A stretch of DNA of 62,446 nucleotides, counting the filler, from Choristocarpus tenellus KU-1152 (lineage: Eukaryota; Protista; Phaeophyceae), in NCBI GenBank assembly GCA_964200185.2. It is 9 parts of 9 records of this genome, joined end to end, with 100 filler letters (N's around TTAATTAATTAA, not from the genome) between each part and the next. Parts side by side here need not be neighbours in the genome. Positions count along the whole stretch, not along the records: positions 46,609 to 53,269 come from CAXNAD020007622.1; positions 53,370 to 59,810 come from CAXNAD020008135.1; positions 59,911 to 62,446 come from CAXNAD020026974.1; 6 more parts are not named here. One strand, 5' to 3'. Shown in pieces: positions 48,604-61,740 of the stretch (within the stretch, counting starts at the first letter, position 1; every line of letters starts with the position of its first letter). Below the pieces are notes generated by a model that did no database searches, was not told where the DNA came from, and was given only the letters and a program-made list of their open reading frames with translations. Both the position numbers and the translations under genes were made by a program.

Positions 48604-51600
48604 GGGTGAGATGGAAGTATGAGCACCATTTGCTCAATGATCCGTATGTCAGGTTCCAATCTAAATGATAAAGGGGCTCCAATATTCTTGCTTTGAGATC
48701 CTGGGCAACCCTTTGTGGTTCCATCTGAGGTGGGCTTCCCTACGTAAATATATACGCCTCTGTCCCAAGTCTGGGCCATTAAGATGTAGCTCTTCGGGAT
48801 GACCGCTGATTACAAAACCGACTTTTGTGTTGGATTCCTTGGAATATTGTACACAGAGAAACTAAATTTCAAAGAATTCTACAAATAATTCTGTTCTGAA
48901 ATTGTTCGGAAGAATGTAACACAGAACGGGGCATATTCTTATAATTTTTTAATGTTCCTGCTGCTGCGTGGAGCTGCACAACACTCTCACAACCCCCATG
49001 GCGAGCCCCCACAGCCTGTTGTCGCCAGCGCAAAGACCACCATCTTTGGGAAAGAACTGCAAGCTGAATGAGGAATATTGGATCACACTTGCTCTGTGTT
49101 ATGCATTGGCTCTTCCTCCGAGTCATGAGAGCCTCCGAGTCATGAGAGGCTCCTGAGGGGTGTGGGGTCCAAATTGGTGAAATAATTTGAAGTGGGAGAG
49201 AGAGACCCTATCCTAGACAGGTGTGGAGATGCGCCAAAGAACAGCTATACAGGGGGAATGCTGTCTTCCTGAAATCACAAGCACAATCTGGATGGCTGTT
49301 GGACTCTACGCTAATGAAAGAAGAAAAGATCCGGGAAATCAATGGCAGTAATTGCACACTGACTATCAACCAACTTTCCGCCAAGCTCGCCAAAGCAGGC
49401 CTTGCAGTCAGTTGGAAGCTCAAAGCTTCATTGCTGGCTGGAAGCCATGGGGCAATGAGGGTGCAGTGATGTGTCACCCCTAGCCTTTCGTTTTCTCACA
49501 AGGACAGGGTGGACTTCATCCTCGACCAGATCTCCCGAACCTGCAAAACCTACAGGACTGGCCTCAACACCATTCACATGGACAAGGCGTGGTTCTACCT
49601 CATCCGTGAATGAGAGATGGCGCGCATGTTCCTGGTGAAGGAAAAGGGGGCTTGATGAAGGTGCAAGCACAAGAGTCACATTCCCAAAGTGACGGTCACC
49701 TCCACCATTTCGCACCCAGACTCTTCCCATGATTTGAACGGCAAGATCAGGATCTGGTGGATTTGCGTCATGAAGGAGGCGCAACAGACTACAGCACAGC
49801 ACACAAACGGTGAGGAATACAAGGTCGATGTCGCCATTAACGCCGAGTGGTACCTGAAGTGGTACATGGTGCAGCTTTTGCCTGCGGAAAAATGCAGTGG
49901 CTGGAATTGGAGTGGGTATCCATACAGCAGGACAGCTCAACACTGCATACGGGCAAGGGCACGGTGCAGAAGCTGAACGCAGCAGGGTTGGAGGGATGGA
50001 ACATTAAGCTCGTGATGTAGCCAGTGCAGTTACTGGATCTCAACACCAATGATTTGGGGGGTTTTGCAACTCTGAAGAGCAGGGTTTGGATGGAGCATTT
50101 GGCCCTGTTAATGAACTTGTAGAGAGGGTTTCTAGCAAGTTCCACACGTACAATGGCTACATGCTTGAGAGGGTGTGGCAGAGTATGTTTTAGAGGTACA
50201 ATCAGGTTTTATGGGCGCTGGAGGGGAGCGCTTTCAAGGTAGAGCACACCAGGATCAACCAAAGGCAGTAGGAGGGCGGGTTGGCTAGATCAGTTGAAGT
50301 AGACAGAGCTGCCTCTGCAGCGCCCTTGAATTGGTGGGTTGACGTTGTTGAATATGGGCGAGACATATTTTTTAATGTAAAATATTTGAAGGAATCCAAT
50401 GCATAGGTCTGTTTTGTAATCGGAGGGCAAGTTTGTCTTCTGATGTTGATACAATGCAAGGTATTTCCTCTATCAACTCTACACTATATGGTAGTGTCTT
50501 CACTTTTTTTTTTTGTTGTTGTTGAAAATGTGCTATGTTGTTTACCTAAGATACTTTTTTATTGATAATCTTTCCCAACCATTTCCACAATGCAAGTGGT
50601 TTTCTGGACAAGACATTACATAAATACCCAGTCTATTGTTATCAGTAGGGCTGGACAGTTGTATGCATAGTACTAACTGCTTAGGATCAACTATTCTCAC
50701 CCCCAACTCTACCCTTTCTTACTCCTCCTCTCATTCTCTATGCACATCTCCATGTTTTTGCATCTATTTTCATATGAGGGTAGGTGGAGGAAAGAGTTCG
50801 TCTGCATCACATTCAGATCACAACACTCAATCACATGTGAGTGAGAGTCACTCTGATGTGCCTCCAACATCTTCTCGAGTACCAACAAACATCACTCCAG
50901 CATTCTCTGAAACACATTGGACAGAAGTTGCTGCCAACAAAGGGAGTGCAGGTCGGAGTAGGGTAAGGGCTGCAGTGGCTGGGGTTACCGCTGGTGTTGG
51001 AGCTGCAGCTGCTGTAGGTGCGATGTCGGGGGGGTGGAGAGCTGTTGGTACTGTGGCAGAGCATGTACCGTGGATCCGGGATGTTTACAGTTTGCTAGAT
51101 GCTGTTGTGCAGCACGTGCAAGCCCACAAAGACATGAAGGTGTGTGTTTGTACGTTTCAAATGTAGCAGCAGGAAGAGATACTGTACCTTTTCTTGTGTA
51201 TTTTTTTTGTCTTTGTGGATATATGTATTGCATGTGGGAGTGTAGTCATGCTTAGGTGTTTGCCTACCTTTCTGTACAATCTTTATTTCTCATGTAGTGT
51301 GTGCTGTCTGGTTGTGCCTAATGTATATATTGTTTAATTAATATTTGAAGAACAGTAGAATGATACTTCAAAATTTGTTTATTCAAATATGTGGAAGAAA
51401 TGGAGAATGTGAGCGGTTTGGATAGTAGATTTGGACATGTAAAAAATCTCTGGTACAGGGATTTATCAAGATAGTAACTATTATTGTGGGGCAGGGTGAA
51501 GCCATTATATCTGTTTGAGGAACAGGTAGTTGGGAAGGAATTGATCGCCATTAGAGGTTTTTGGTGCCTTTGTTCTTTGACTTGCGAGTAAATGAATTCC

Positions 51601-52769
51601 CCCCATACGAAATCAATCTGACTGCTGGCTGAATGCTGCTGGGTAAGTATTACTGTTTTTGTGCAGTATATTGCATGACTGCTATGTGTGCGATCTCTTC
51701 ACTTTTCGAATCTGACACCAAATGTTCGTTTTTGGTTTTCATGCAAATCTGTGTTCGCAGAACATAACAATTTTGCAGGTATCTGCAAACGTAAACTTAT
51801 CGTGAGTTCAAATCCCTTGTGTGCCGGGCGTTTTTCCATGGAGAATTAGAGTGGAATGACAATAGAGGCAGCAGGGGAGTGGCGGGATGTTTGGCGATAG
51901 CTACAACTCCCAGTACTATGTAAAATATTGTTTCTTATGTTTCCCTGCTGGATTGCAGTCCCTCTTTATTACTATTAAATAGTCTGAAATTCATTTTTTT
52001 TCTATGTTTCCTGTTTTTTGTTGGTCTCCTTTGAACAGGGTAATATGGAGAAGATCAGCACGTGGGCCAAAAATCTACAGCAAGTGATGATGCAGCTCGA
52101 ACACCACTTTGAGGTATGAGAAAGAGACATGTCAGTCATGAACCCCACCCCCACCACGGACACAAGCACACACCCTTTTGTTCTACTATGCTATTTTATG
52201 TTGCAGTGGTGTTGGGCATTACGATAGCTAGGTAGGTGGGTAGTTTTATAACTGTGGGAGAAAGAGTTGACTTCAAAACCGTCTCTATTTTATCTGACAG
52301 TGGGTTAGACTTTTTCAAAAAGTGCAGATAGAAACATGGAAAAAAAAAAGTTGCTTGTTTTTACGCTTTTCTTTTAAATAGGTAGGGAAGTACAGCATTT
52401 TGAAGCATAATAGAAGGAACTGAGGGCGGTATGACATCTCAGACAGGTAGAAGGGAAGTGGTGGGGTTGTGTTAGATTACAATGACAGAGATTTCTATTG
52501 TTTTGTGTCTATTAAATTTTATTAGTCGCAGGTACTACAATAATATCTTTGAGGTGTATCATGGACTGCATATTCTCTTTAACCTCTTGTAATTGTTAAT
52601 CCTGAAATTAGATAGCACAATTGCGGCTATTACATTGGAATGTCAAGTTTATGTTCTTTACCTCCAACTTGGTGTTGGCACGCTCCCTCAGGTGAATCCT
52701 TCACCCATGTCCGAAGCACTTCGATCTCTAGGATATGAGGTGCTGGTCAAGATCAAGATCCTTCATGAC
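47830..52769 (+). CDS. Single-pass membrane protein with cytoplasmic PPxY motifs and an MLKL-NTD/CC-like helical bundle; partial at both ends
   Basis: Exons 47830-48072 (acidic stalk, TM IIMIVAIGGSVVLFLIAIAMYCIWL then KPK), 48380-48538 (PPSY, PPDY), 50784-51139, 52039-52113, 52692-52769. All are AG/GT with compatible phases (1,1,0,0). Confidence 0.7.
49214..50325 (+). mobile_element. Decayed Tc1/mariner transposase of the DD39D (plant/oomycete-type) family, nested in an intron
   Basis: IHMDKAWFYL (D at 49581), HKSHIPKV...NGKIRIW, IQQD (D at 49931), GWNIKLV.*P..LDLNTNDLGGF (D at 50051; exactly 39 residues between D2 and D3), and the C-terminus NELVERV..KF..Y...MLERVWQSMF. Contains stops and frameshifts. 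Confidence 0.85.
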
Positions 52770-53373
52770 GTAAGTGTGTATGTATGTGTGTATGTATGTA
52801 TGAGGAAATACCATTGGCCGTACACTCCATTGGTCAGTACCACAGGTTAGGACTCGGTGAAAGAGGAACAGTAAGGAAAAATACGAGACAAGTGTTACTT
52901 GCTGATCCAGTTTGTGATTTTTTGGTGTTTCGAGTGCATTTAATGAATTGCAACATAATGTAGAGCATATTCCTGACCTTGCTGGCTGATGTTTTCCCTT
53001 CCACACTCTGCTGAAACTGTGATGCAGTAGAGAGTGAAAGTATCTTAGAGGGTACGAGTTTTGCCCTGTTTGTCCATTTCGGGCTTGGCTTCCTATGGGT
53101 TCTCTTATGACATTTTCCTACTCCAAAATATTTCGGAGTGGGGAAAGTGTGTACGTTATGAAAAGTTGTGTCCAAACATGGATATTGACACTTTCTTACA
53201 TACACGATAGTCAAAATTACATCAAAATTGCAACATTTGATTTTGGCCCCCAAGTGGACGCGGCTCTACNNNNNNNNNNNNNNNNNNNNNNNNNNNNNNN
53301 NNNNNNNNNNNNNTTAATTAATTAANNNNNNNNNNNNNNNNNNNNNNNNNNNNNNNNNNNNNNNNNNNNCTCA

Positions 53374-53404
<31 letters not shown>

Positions 53405-54392
53405 TGGGGGCACAGCGTCTCGATGTTCTGGGGTTTAAGTTGCAGAGGGCAATATTTCGTAGGCATACACTCAATAGAGTACTTGAGAGACGCGTGTGAG
53501 GTACCTACCTACATCCCTCGCACACAGTATGCTTCCATTTATAGGCAGTGGTCTGACATACAATAAATATGACCTTCAAAAAAGCTGTTCAATTTCACAC
53601 GTTCAGCGTTTACACGTAGACAAGATGGGTTTCAAAGACTAGGTAGTCTTCTTGACATTTTTTTCGTAAATCTGTCGTTTTGACCTTGCTACGACCCGAC
53701 TATTATGAGGTGGGTATACAAAGAGATTGCCCTCTGAGGCAACTTTTGCGTACACACCAGGGTTGTACAATCAGCGCATACTGTTGCGGCTGAGAGGGTT
53801 AGGTGGACCGGAGAACTAGCAAGCCTTTTGATGTGAATATGCCCCAAGACGGAGTAAGGAAGGGTATACGCAAGATATCACAGGAGGAGGATTCACGCTC
53901 TTGCCCACACATCAAAATACTTTCCGTCTCAATATTCCAGCCTAGAGTGTTTTCCAGGCCTCTTCTACCAAATGCCTAGATGCTTTCTCTGTCAGAGGTA
54001 CAACTTGCTCGTCCCCTTTTCACTTCACAACACCTTGGTCCTATTCTTTCGTGCTTGAACCACCTATATCCAAAAGACACGCCAACTCCTCCTCCCTTCG
54101 AATGCATCACATCCCATTCCTTTTCCCTCTTGCAACCACCAACGGTCAAGAACGATAAAGTTGTTCGACAAACCCTTCAACTCATTCCACTTAACTCAAC
54201 ACATGAACCATACAATCGCTATACTTACAACATTGATTTTCATTCTGGCGGAACAAGTAGCTAAAATAGACTTCACAAGTTCATCTCATACCAGGTTCAC
54301 ATTGAAAAAATGGTCCATCAACCACAACGACATCATGTAAACCTGCGTGGGCGAGCGAAAATTATTGCTTTTGTCCAAAACCGTTAACGGAC

Positions 54393-54703
54393 CTGCCCAC
54401 ATTGGCTCGTTTAGCTTCACGAGCTTCCCTCCTCTGTGCCTTCATTTTCGCTCGTCGCAGTCTCCACTCCTCTAATCCATGCATCTCTTCACTCCCCTCG
54501 GCACCTGACGGACCAACAGCATCCATACTGCTGAAGGAGCAGCGTCCAAGCCATGCCGTCCCCAACCTTGTCCCACATCGCAGTGGTCGCACAACGGGAG
54601 GTGAGACCCGCTGGAAAGCAGAAACCAGGTACATAGTTGCAGCTAGCATCAGCTTCAATAACCACGCACTTGACGAGGGGTGGTACCCCCGGGATACTGT
54701 CAT
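54393..54703 (-). CDS. First exon of a nucleus-encoded, probably plastid-targeted protein of unknown function
   Basis: ATG at 54703; hydrophobic signal WLLKLMLAATMYLVSA followed by F (ASAFAP-type cleavage) and an R/S/P-rich transit-like stretch, then a charged helix; donor AG|GTCCGT at 54392. Downstream exons not resolved. Confidence 0.6.
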
Positions 54704-57129
54704 CGCAAAGAGAGGGATAGAGAGTGAGGTTGTTCACTAGTTGAGAGTTGGGAGGACATGATCATTTTCGTTGTGTAGAAATCAAACCGTTACCGGTCTT
54801 GTTTGATATATTATTGAGAATTTGAGTAGAAAATACCCTTTCGGGGCGTCTTCGGGGTTACCTTTTCGGGATCATAAAATATGTATAGTATTGTACACAG
54901 TTTGAAGTAAAATTTCGTATTTTCGTAATTGTAACCACCTCAGTCATTTTAGAAGAAGGGAGTTTGTATTGAGAAACCTTCTTACATAGAAATGGTGTCT
55001 AATTTTTTTTCCACCAACCCCATGGATGGCTACCTTTACTTAGACTGCAATAACTCATAGCACCTCCCCTAGGACTCGGAAGAGTAGTTGTGCTCGCGCT
55101 GGTCACCTTCCGAGGGTGGAAGAGGCTTAGGTGTCGGCGCGTGGCTGGGGGGGCCCTGAACCCCAACTTGCTTTCCCCTCCCCCCAAGGCAATTCTGTCG
55201 GCAGTGACGGTGAGGTGTGGGAGCACTTTTGGGACTTACTGAAGTCGAAGCCCTGTGTTTAGGCACAACTGACGAGTGAAAAGAAGGACTGCCACGCAGT
55301 CAAGGCTTTGCTGCATGAACGGCGGGTGCTTCGCCCCGTGGCGGCAGGTTGCCAAGGGGTTAACATTGCGCTGTCAATGATGACGTTGCATTTCTGGCAT
55401 GAATGAGCAGAGCAAGGGCCACAGCGACGACACCACTCTGTACACAATTCCACTTACTTTTTAGTTCGTGGTGTCCGTTCCGAGCAGTACCTCTGCCTCA
55501 GGGGTTCGCTGTTGATGGCAAGGACCAAGTCGGTCTAAACGAAGGAACTGGTCGACCATTTCTTGTCACGCTGCAGATTTTCATTTGAAGGAGGGGAAAC
55601 AGACGAGAGAAGGCGGTTGGGAGAGAGCTTACGTATTTTTTTTCTGTGTACTGTTAGAACAGGTCCTTGTGCACTGTAAGGGCTTTAGGCACAAGCTACG
55701 GGCGAAACTATCGGTTGGTGAGCGCAACTGCAGCGCTGAGTTGTGGGGGGTGGAGGGGTGGGGTGGGGGTGAGGGTTAGGGGGGGGAGATCGGAGACAGG
55801 GAGTAGGATCGTCACGGAGGAGAAACGTCCGGGTGAACTTGGGAAGGGTCCTTCATACCTATGGAGAGCACTCCGGAGCAGGTTAATGAAGGACGGTCGC
55901 TGGTGGCGGTGCTGGCGTGTGTACTGAACAAACTCATACAGGCCAATGCCTCGAGCGGGGTGAGATACATTGATGGGAGGGACTGTAGCGTGTGTAGGCG
56001 GGGCTAGCACATATTTTATTGTCGTTTCTTTATTCTTCCAAGGGCTTATGTGTCATTGACTTTGAACGCCGCCCGCCTTGTTGATGGTTAACATGGGAAG
56101 GCGGTATAATTTTGAGCACTGTTTTGTTAATTTTATAGGCAGTACCTCTTTTGCCATGTAAGTCCAACCCTGATATTACAGCTCCTCACTGCAGAGAGAT
56201 CACCTTAGTGTTGTATTTATAATGCTACCTTGCCTCTTCTTTCCTTTTCCAAGTTCACTTTATCTTACATCCCTCAAGTACCCATTGGCGCAAACTTCTT
56301 ATGGACCATACAATATATGCACGTTGCAAGTCAAGACGTATATTGCCCTGTAATATCCATACCTTCACAACCACCTTGTTTATTCAAGTAATAATAATAG
56401 AGCAACTTGTCAAGGTGGTTTTTGTACAATTTGGTACCAAGAACTTGCAAACCTTCACTCTTGCCTACCCTATCATTAGCAAGGCGATGCCAGCTTGACT
56501 GCTTTTTGTGACCGTTTCTTCTTTTCTTTTTTGTGTAGGTAAGGTCTATCAAGTCAGCGGAAAATTCAACCCGCAGTTTCCAATGGTCTTAAATAACCTC
56601 CAACATTTCGGGTTGTATGTTGGGTGGGTCCGGTTGGGACTTGTCGGGTACATTTGTATAGTTTTCAAATGGTTTAATGTTGTCTTTTCAAGGCATTTAA
56701 AATCATTTTAAAGTAGTATTTCACTCATTTTGGCATTGTTCAACATTGCTCAAATGAAGTGAGGTACTTGGACTATGGGATGGTCATGTGTATGTCACAT
56801 TGAGGTGATTTGGTGCTTGCAGTCTCTTTATGAACTTTATGCCATGTTCCTTATTTCTTGATCGTGTCCAACGATTTTCTACTGATGTTGGCATACTATG
56901 TGCAAGATGAAGCCCTTTGCTGTGGTTTGGAATGACCAGCTTGTGTAGATGGACATACATGACCTTAGCACGACTGAGGGTACCTATCTGTGTGTCTCAA
57001 GTGTGTGGACTGTGTCTTGATCTGGAGACAAACTTCAGTTAGAATACTGTTACAATTATCATTATTCCAGACTTCGATTGTGTTCCCTTAATGCTGGCCT
57101 TATCCTGTAGGCGACACCTGTAAAAGGTG

Positions 57130-57162
<33 letters not shown>

Positions 57163-58230
57163 TTGATCGCAATTCAGATATGATAGTCTTAGCCACTGGC
57201 CCTAAAAATGATCTTGTTGATGTCACACCTGTGCAAGGTGAGATCAATAAAATATGCAGGACTCACAGCTGAAAGTCGTTGAACTTGATGTGAAAGAACT
57301 TGTATGCGATGAAAGATTAAAGAAAGTAGTGTTCCCGGGAAATGGTACCGCCCGGCGCCATTGAGAGGAACCGCTCACCGAGACAATCCACAATCAAACA
57401 CGCCTTCTTATGTTTCTGACAACGTGGAGTTGGTTGAGTGTGTTGTTGATCCATTTCTTCAAGCGGTCCATGTCAGTACTTGAGAACCTTGGATGTCAGT
57501 ACTTTTGGTTCGCCTGCCAAGGCGCAGGGGATGTTTATGGGGCCGTTTCAGGGGTGGGCCCTCACTGAAGTCCAGAAAATCGCCGATTTCTGTTGTTTTA
57601 GAATGTGGGGTCGGTGGGATGGTTTGATGGGGTGTGTGTGCTAAGTTTATCTTTAACAGGAAAAGGTACACTCCAGAATACTACATAGATTTTTTCCATA
57701 GCTATTCTGTAGTATTGGGTGATGAGGAGTGAGAAAACCGCGGGGATTACTGCTCCTTAGGGTTAGGGTATATTTCCAACTGTTAACTTTGTGATTGTGT
57801 TGGTGCTTCCCCTGGCTTTTCCTAAAATCTTGTAGTAATTTGTCAATTTTCTAGAACTTCATGTATACCCCCATGGTGTCACTCAATTGTAGGTGGACTT
57901 GAGTTCTATGGTTTCCACTCAGGGTGTACCCCATTGAGTCTGTGACGTACAGACCCCACTTGGGCAGTGATGGGGTGGGAAGCACCTGATCTGACTTGCT
58001 TTTTTTTTGTTTTTCATATTGCTCTAGAAGCGAAAGATACGTAATAAAAAAATGTAGTCAGAGCTTGAGTCCGATCTACAACAGAGTCGTTTCATTTTAG
58101 GGTTAGGGTTCAGAAAGTGTATCACTTCAAAGTGTATTTTGTTGAAACGGCAATCAAGAAAAGATTGAAACCGACAAGAGTGAGAGAGCGCACTCCACAA
58201 TCAGAACAGTTTTCTTTTTTCTGGGATACA

Positions 58231-58410
58231 GAAGTTGTCACAATGTGGTATTGACCAGTTGAAGTTATCAGAATGGGGTATTGACTAGTTAAAGTTATCA
58301 GAATGTGGTATTGACCAATCAAAGTTATCAGAATGGGGTATTGACCAACAAAAGTTGTCAGAATGTGGTATTGACCAATCAAAGTTGTCAGAATGGGGTA
58401 TTGACCAATT
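58231..58410. repeat. 30-bp tandem repeat x6 with alternating variants (60-bp higher order)
   Basis: (A/G)AAGTT(G/A)TCAGAATG(T/G)GGTATTGACCA.. units are contiguous, with no spacers. Confidence 0.95.
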
Positions 58411-60893
58411 TACTTAATTACTCTCCCTCTTTCTCTCACGTCGTGATAGTCTTTGTTTCCTGTTCAAGTAGTTGAGATCACTAGAATGTGTATCTGTCTA
58501 GTTTTATTTTTGTGCCCATCCTCCTTCATTTTTGAATTGTGAAGAATTTGAATCCATAGATGCTCTCCACAGTATCCCAGCAGGATGTAACCTACGCTAC
58601 AGCGTGGGAAGTGTACTGTAGTCAATCCTTCATCAGCGTTGGAGGTAACAGTGTACTAAAATCAGAGATTTTGGAGGATGCCCCCTCTAAATCTGGGCGA
58701 AGGAATGGGACTGGGTGCGAATCTACGCTTGTTACAGATTACATGCACTTACATAATGATCATAAATATATATATATATATATATATGGTTCTTATTTTT
58801 TAGGTTGCTGCCATTGATTATTGCACTTGAAATTTTTACACAGAAAATTTTTATTGAATTGAATTTTTGTGTTGGTGTTTGATTGGTTGGTTGTTGACTG
58901 GAGATAAGTTGGAGGTCGGATTGAATTCCGAGTTTTATCGAGGAGAAGCGTTTTTAAGTGGATGATAACTGCGTCGTCTGTGTCATGTGTTAGCTTTTCT
59001 AGAAGCTTCCAGAATGTGCTTTTTTCTTTCATGTTTGGAGTGGGTAGTGTGCGTGGAATGGATAAATCTTTTCTCAAATTAGGAATTTTTTCGGAAGTAT
59101 CATAGCCTTTTTGTGTTGTTGAAGATGGTATAGTAGCAACCAATTGAGTTGCATCATGCAGCGCACTCCATGTAGGAGAGGACAGTCAGTGTCTGTGTCT
59201 GTGTCTGTGTCTCTTCAATGATCTACGTCAAAAGATATGATCATCATCTTGCCTTTTTTATGGTAGATAAAGTGTTATGATCTTGGTGGTTCTTTGATTT
59301 GGTGGAAGCCCTTTCCACAACAGTGCCTTACAACAGAAGCATAGCGTATGCTATGCTAGGAGGATCAATTTTTTAGTTAGTCGCTGGGATTCCTGGATGT
59401 GTAGTTGTTGAATTGCACTCTCTTGGGGCACCGAAATATCTTTCAACTTCTTGGAGAGGTGTTAGTTCCTTGCGAGTCTGTTAGGTGATCTTGAGATACA
59501 TTTCGGAAGTCTCTTTTTTTAGAGTGGATGATTTCCCATGGTGAAATATAAAAAGAATGGTAGTAGCTAGGTAGGGTTAGGGTGTAAGATCATCATGGCA
59601 TGATTATTTTTTTTTTAATGATTTTTTTGTTCTTCTGTGGATGCGATCAGTTTGTTGCATAGCATAATATGTGTAGCATAACATAATATGTGAACGTTGT
59701 TTAGTATGAGAGGTAAGAGGTTTCCTCGTGGTGTGTGTGTGTGTGTGATGATGGTGGTCATTTTTGATCTTAACAAAAGATGAGAGGGCGTTGACCTCTC
59801 ACAATAGGTGNNNNNNNNNNNNNNNNNNNNNNNNNNNNNNNNNNNNNNNNNNNNTTAATTAATTAANNNNNNNNNNNNNNNNNNNNNNNNNNNNNNNNNN
59901 NNNNNNNNNNCCCGGTATAAAACCCCCCCCCCCCCCCAGATACTTTGAGTCTAGATTGATCAAAAGCTGCGTGCCACAGGAGAGGCCCAAGAAATCCACG
60001 CGCAACCCTCCTCAATCCTCGCCCTCTTCACAGACACTAAAATACACAATCCGAAGGACACACCCTCCATCCACCTAGGTCAGATACTGGTATAGTATAC
60101 TTCTCGTGTCTGGCTGCCTAGTCTACAACCTCCTACAGCATCTCAATGAAGAATTCCAATCCCACACTCGAAACAGCATAGAAACCCAGCCTCAGGGTGC
60201 GATCTTTCCCCAAGTTCTGACTGAGACAGTCCCTCATGAACCAAAAAGGCATCCTTGAATATATATATATATATTTTTTTTTTATTATTATTATTTTTTA
60301 TTTAGCACTCTGATTTGCTATACACAGCCACTTGCTTCACCAGCACCTTTGCATTGTCGGGAACACGAATATTACCCCCCAAAAAACAACAGCACATCAG
60401 GCTGGGGTTAGTAAAACTCAGCGGAAATCGACACCCAAGCATCCCCCTTTGATAGGCGGCTCAAACAGATACCCTAACATCTTTCGGAATGCACAGTGCT
60501 TCGCCACGCACTCACTGCCCCATAATAGCGTGTACACCCCAGACCACACACACAGTATACATGGTCCCGTCTCAAGAGAGCAAGCCACACACACAGTATA
60601 CATGTTCTGGGTGTTCCACAGTCAGAACGCTTCACCAGTCCCCGCTTCTGGTTCCCACCCCTACCCGCAACCACTCTCTCGGTTGCACACGCCATATACT
60701 CTGGTACTTTGGCTGGTCACGCAAAAGCTGCAGAGTGGCGGTGTTGATGTGTAGGGTTAGGTCTCTCTCTCTCTCTCTCTCTCTCTTCCTCTCTGTCCCT
60801 CTCTCCTTCTCTCTCCTTTTCTTGCTCCCTCTCGCTCTGCCGCCGCCGCCGCTGCTCTCGGTTTGCACCGTTGTCCTGTCATGCGAAGCAACA

Positions 60894-60960
60894 AATCTCC
60901 TACACGGCTGTTGAATCTCCTACACGGCTGTTGAATCTCCTACACGGCTGTTGAATCTCC
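60894..60960. repeat. 20-bp perfect tandem repeat x3
   Basis: AATCTCCTACACGGCTGTTG repeated three times. Confidence 0.95.
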
Positions 60961-61079
60961 GTGCAACAGAGAGTCTCCCGGCCTGACTCCCCCCCGCATT
61001 CCGATCCAACCCCTTCCAAGACGATACCAAGCAAATAGCAATCGGTTCTCGTGATGGTCGGAAAAGAGAGCAGCCCGAT

Positions 61080-61740
61080 TGCTATTCCTCGCTTTGATGA
61101 AGGCCTAGATGCACCCCCTGCCCAGCTATCTTGGGCCCTGTAAGGCCCCCCTCAGTGTCCTCTGTGTTGGCAGGCGAGAGAATGTGGAGACAAAGGTGCC
61201 TGAAGGGATGGAGTGATGCGAAACTGCCAAAGTGGGCAGGACTCGGCATAAATTCTGGGTTATCCCCTTTCATCCCAATTATCAGATCGTTTTTTCGTCG
61301 ACACTCTTGGCGACAATCATTTGCAAGCAGTCCACCCAACATGGGCAATATATGTCAGAGACACTTGCAGGACATAAACTGCTTCTCAAGTTGGTGATCA
61401 TCACCGCCACTACCTCATCGATCTTATCCCACGGGAATATCAGGTTGAAGTAGTCCATGGTCTGTTTAGTTGCCCATATTGACACCCTATCCTCCCATAG
61501 CAACATCAGGTCCCACCTCTCAGCAGCTCTCAAGGATGCTTCCTGCATCCCCCACCCGGCAGTATTTGATTTTGGGGCTATTCTTCGACAACCATCGGAC
61601 CCAAACAAATTCATCCGATTCCTGGTCGTCTCCATTAACAGTTCCCCCAATTTCCAACCCGGTTACCCTGATACCAGACTCCTTGTCCCTGCTCTAATCT
61701 CAAGACACATCCTCACAGGAGTCCTCATCATCTGAATCTG
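61080..61740 (-). mobile_element. Decayed piggyBac-like transposase, N-terminal part
   Basis: Acidic N-terminus, TMDYFNLIFPWDKIDEVV...TNL, then in shifted frames LGGLLA, PEFMPSPAHFGSFASLHPFRHL and I*AFIKAR. This follows the DDE_Tnp_1_7 order (..F..FFP.....IV..N; FG..MS..RF; FN..R). Confidence 0.55.

Noticed and set aside
49428-49943. 171-aa minus-strand ORF
   Set aside because: Antisense shadow of the mariner transposase; likewise 3865-4378 and 16422-16835 shadow plus-strand coding sequence.
50130-50195. GYMLERVWQSMF as a DUF3431-type C-terminal motif
   Set aside because: It is colinear with the DD39D catalytic motifs upstream and fits the mariner C-terminus.
53690-53790. Minus-strand VCADC...LPQRAISLYTHLIIV as a DTW-domain exon of the plastid-targeted gene
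   Set aside because: The phase does not match exon 1, and the expected cysteines and QHPxE motif are missing.
58231-58410. 30-bp repeats as a CRISPR array
   Set aside because: Units are contiguous with no spacers, there are no cas genes, and the DNA is eukaryotic.
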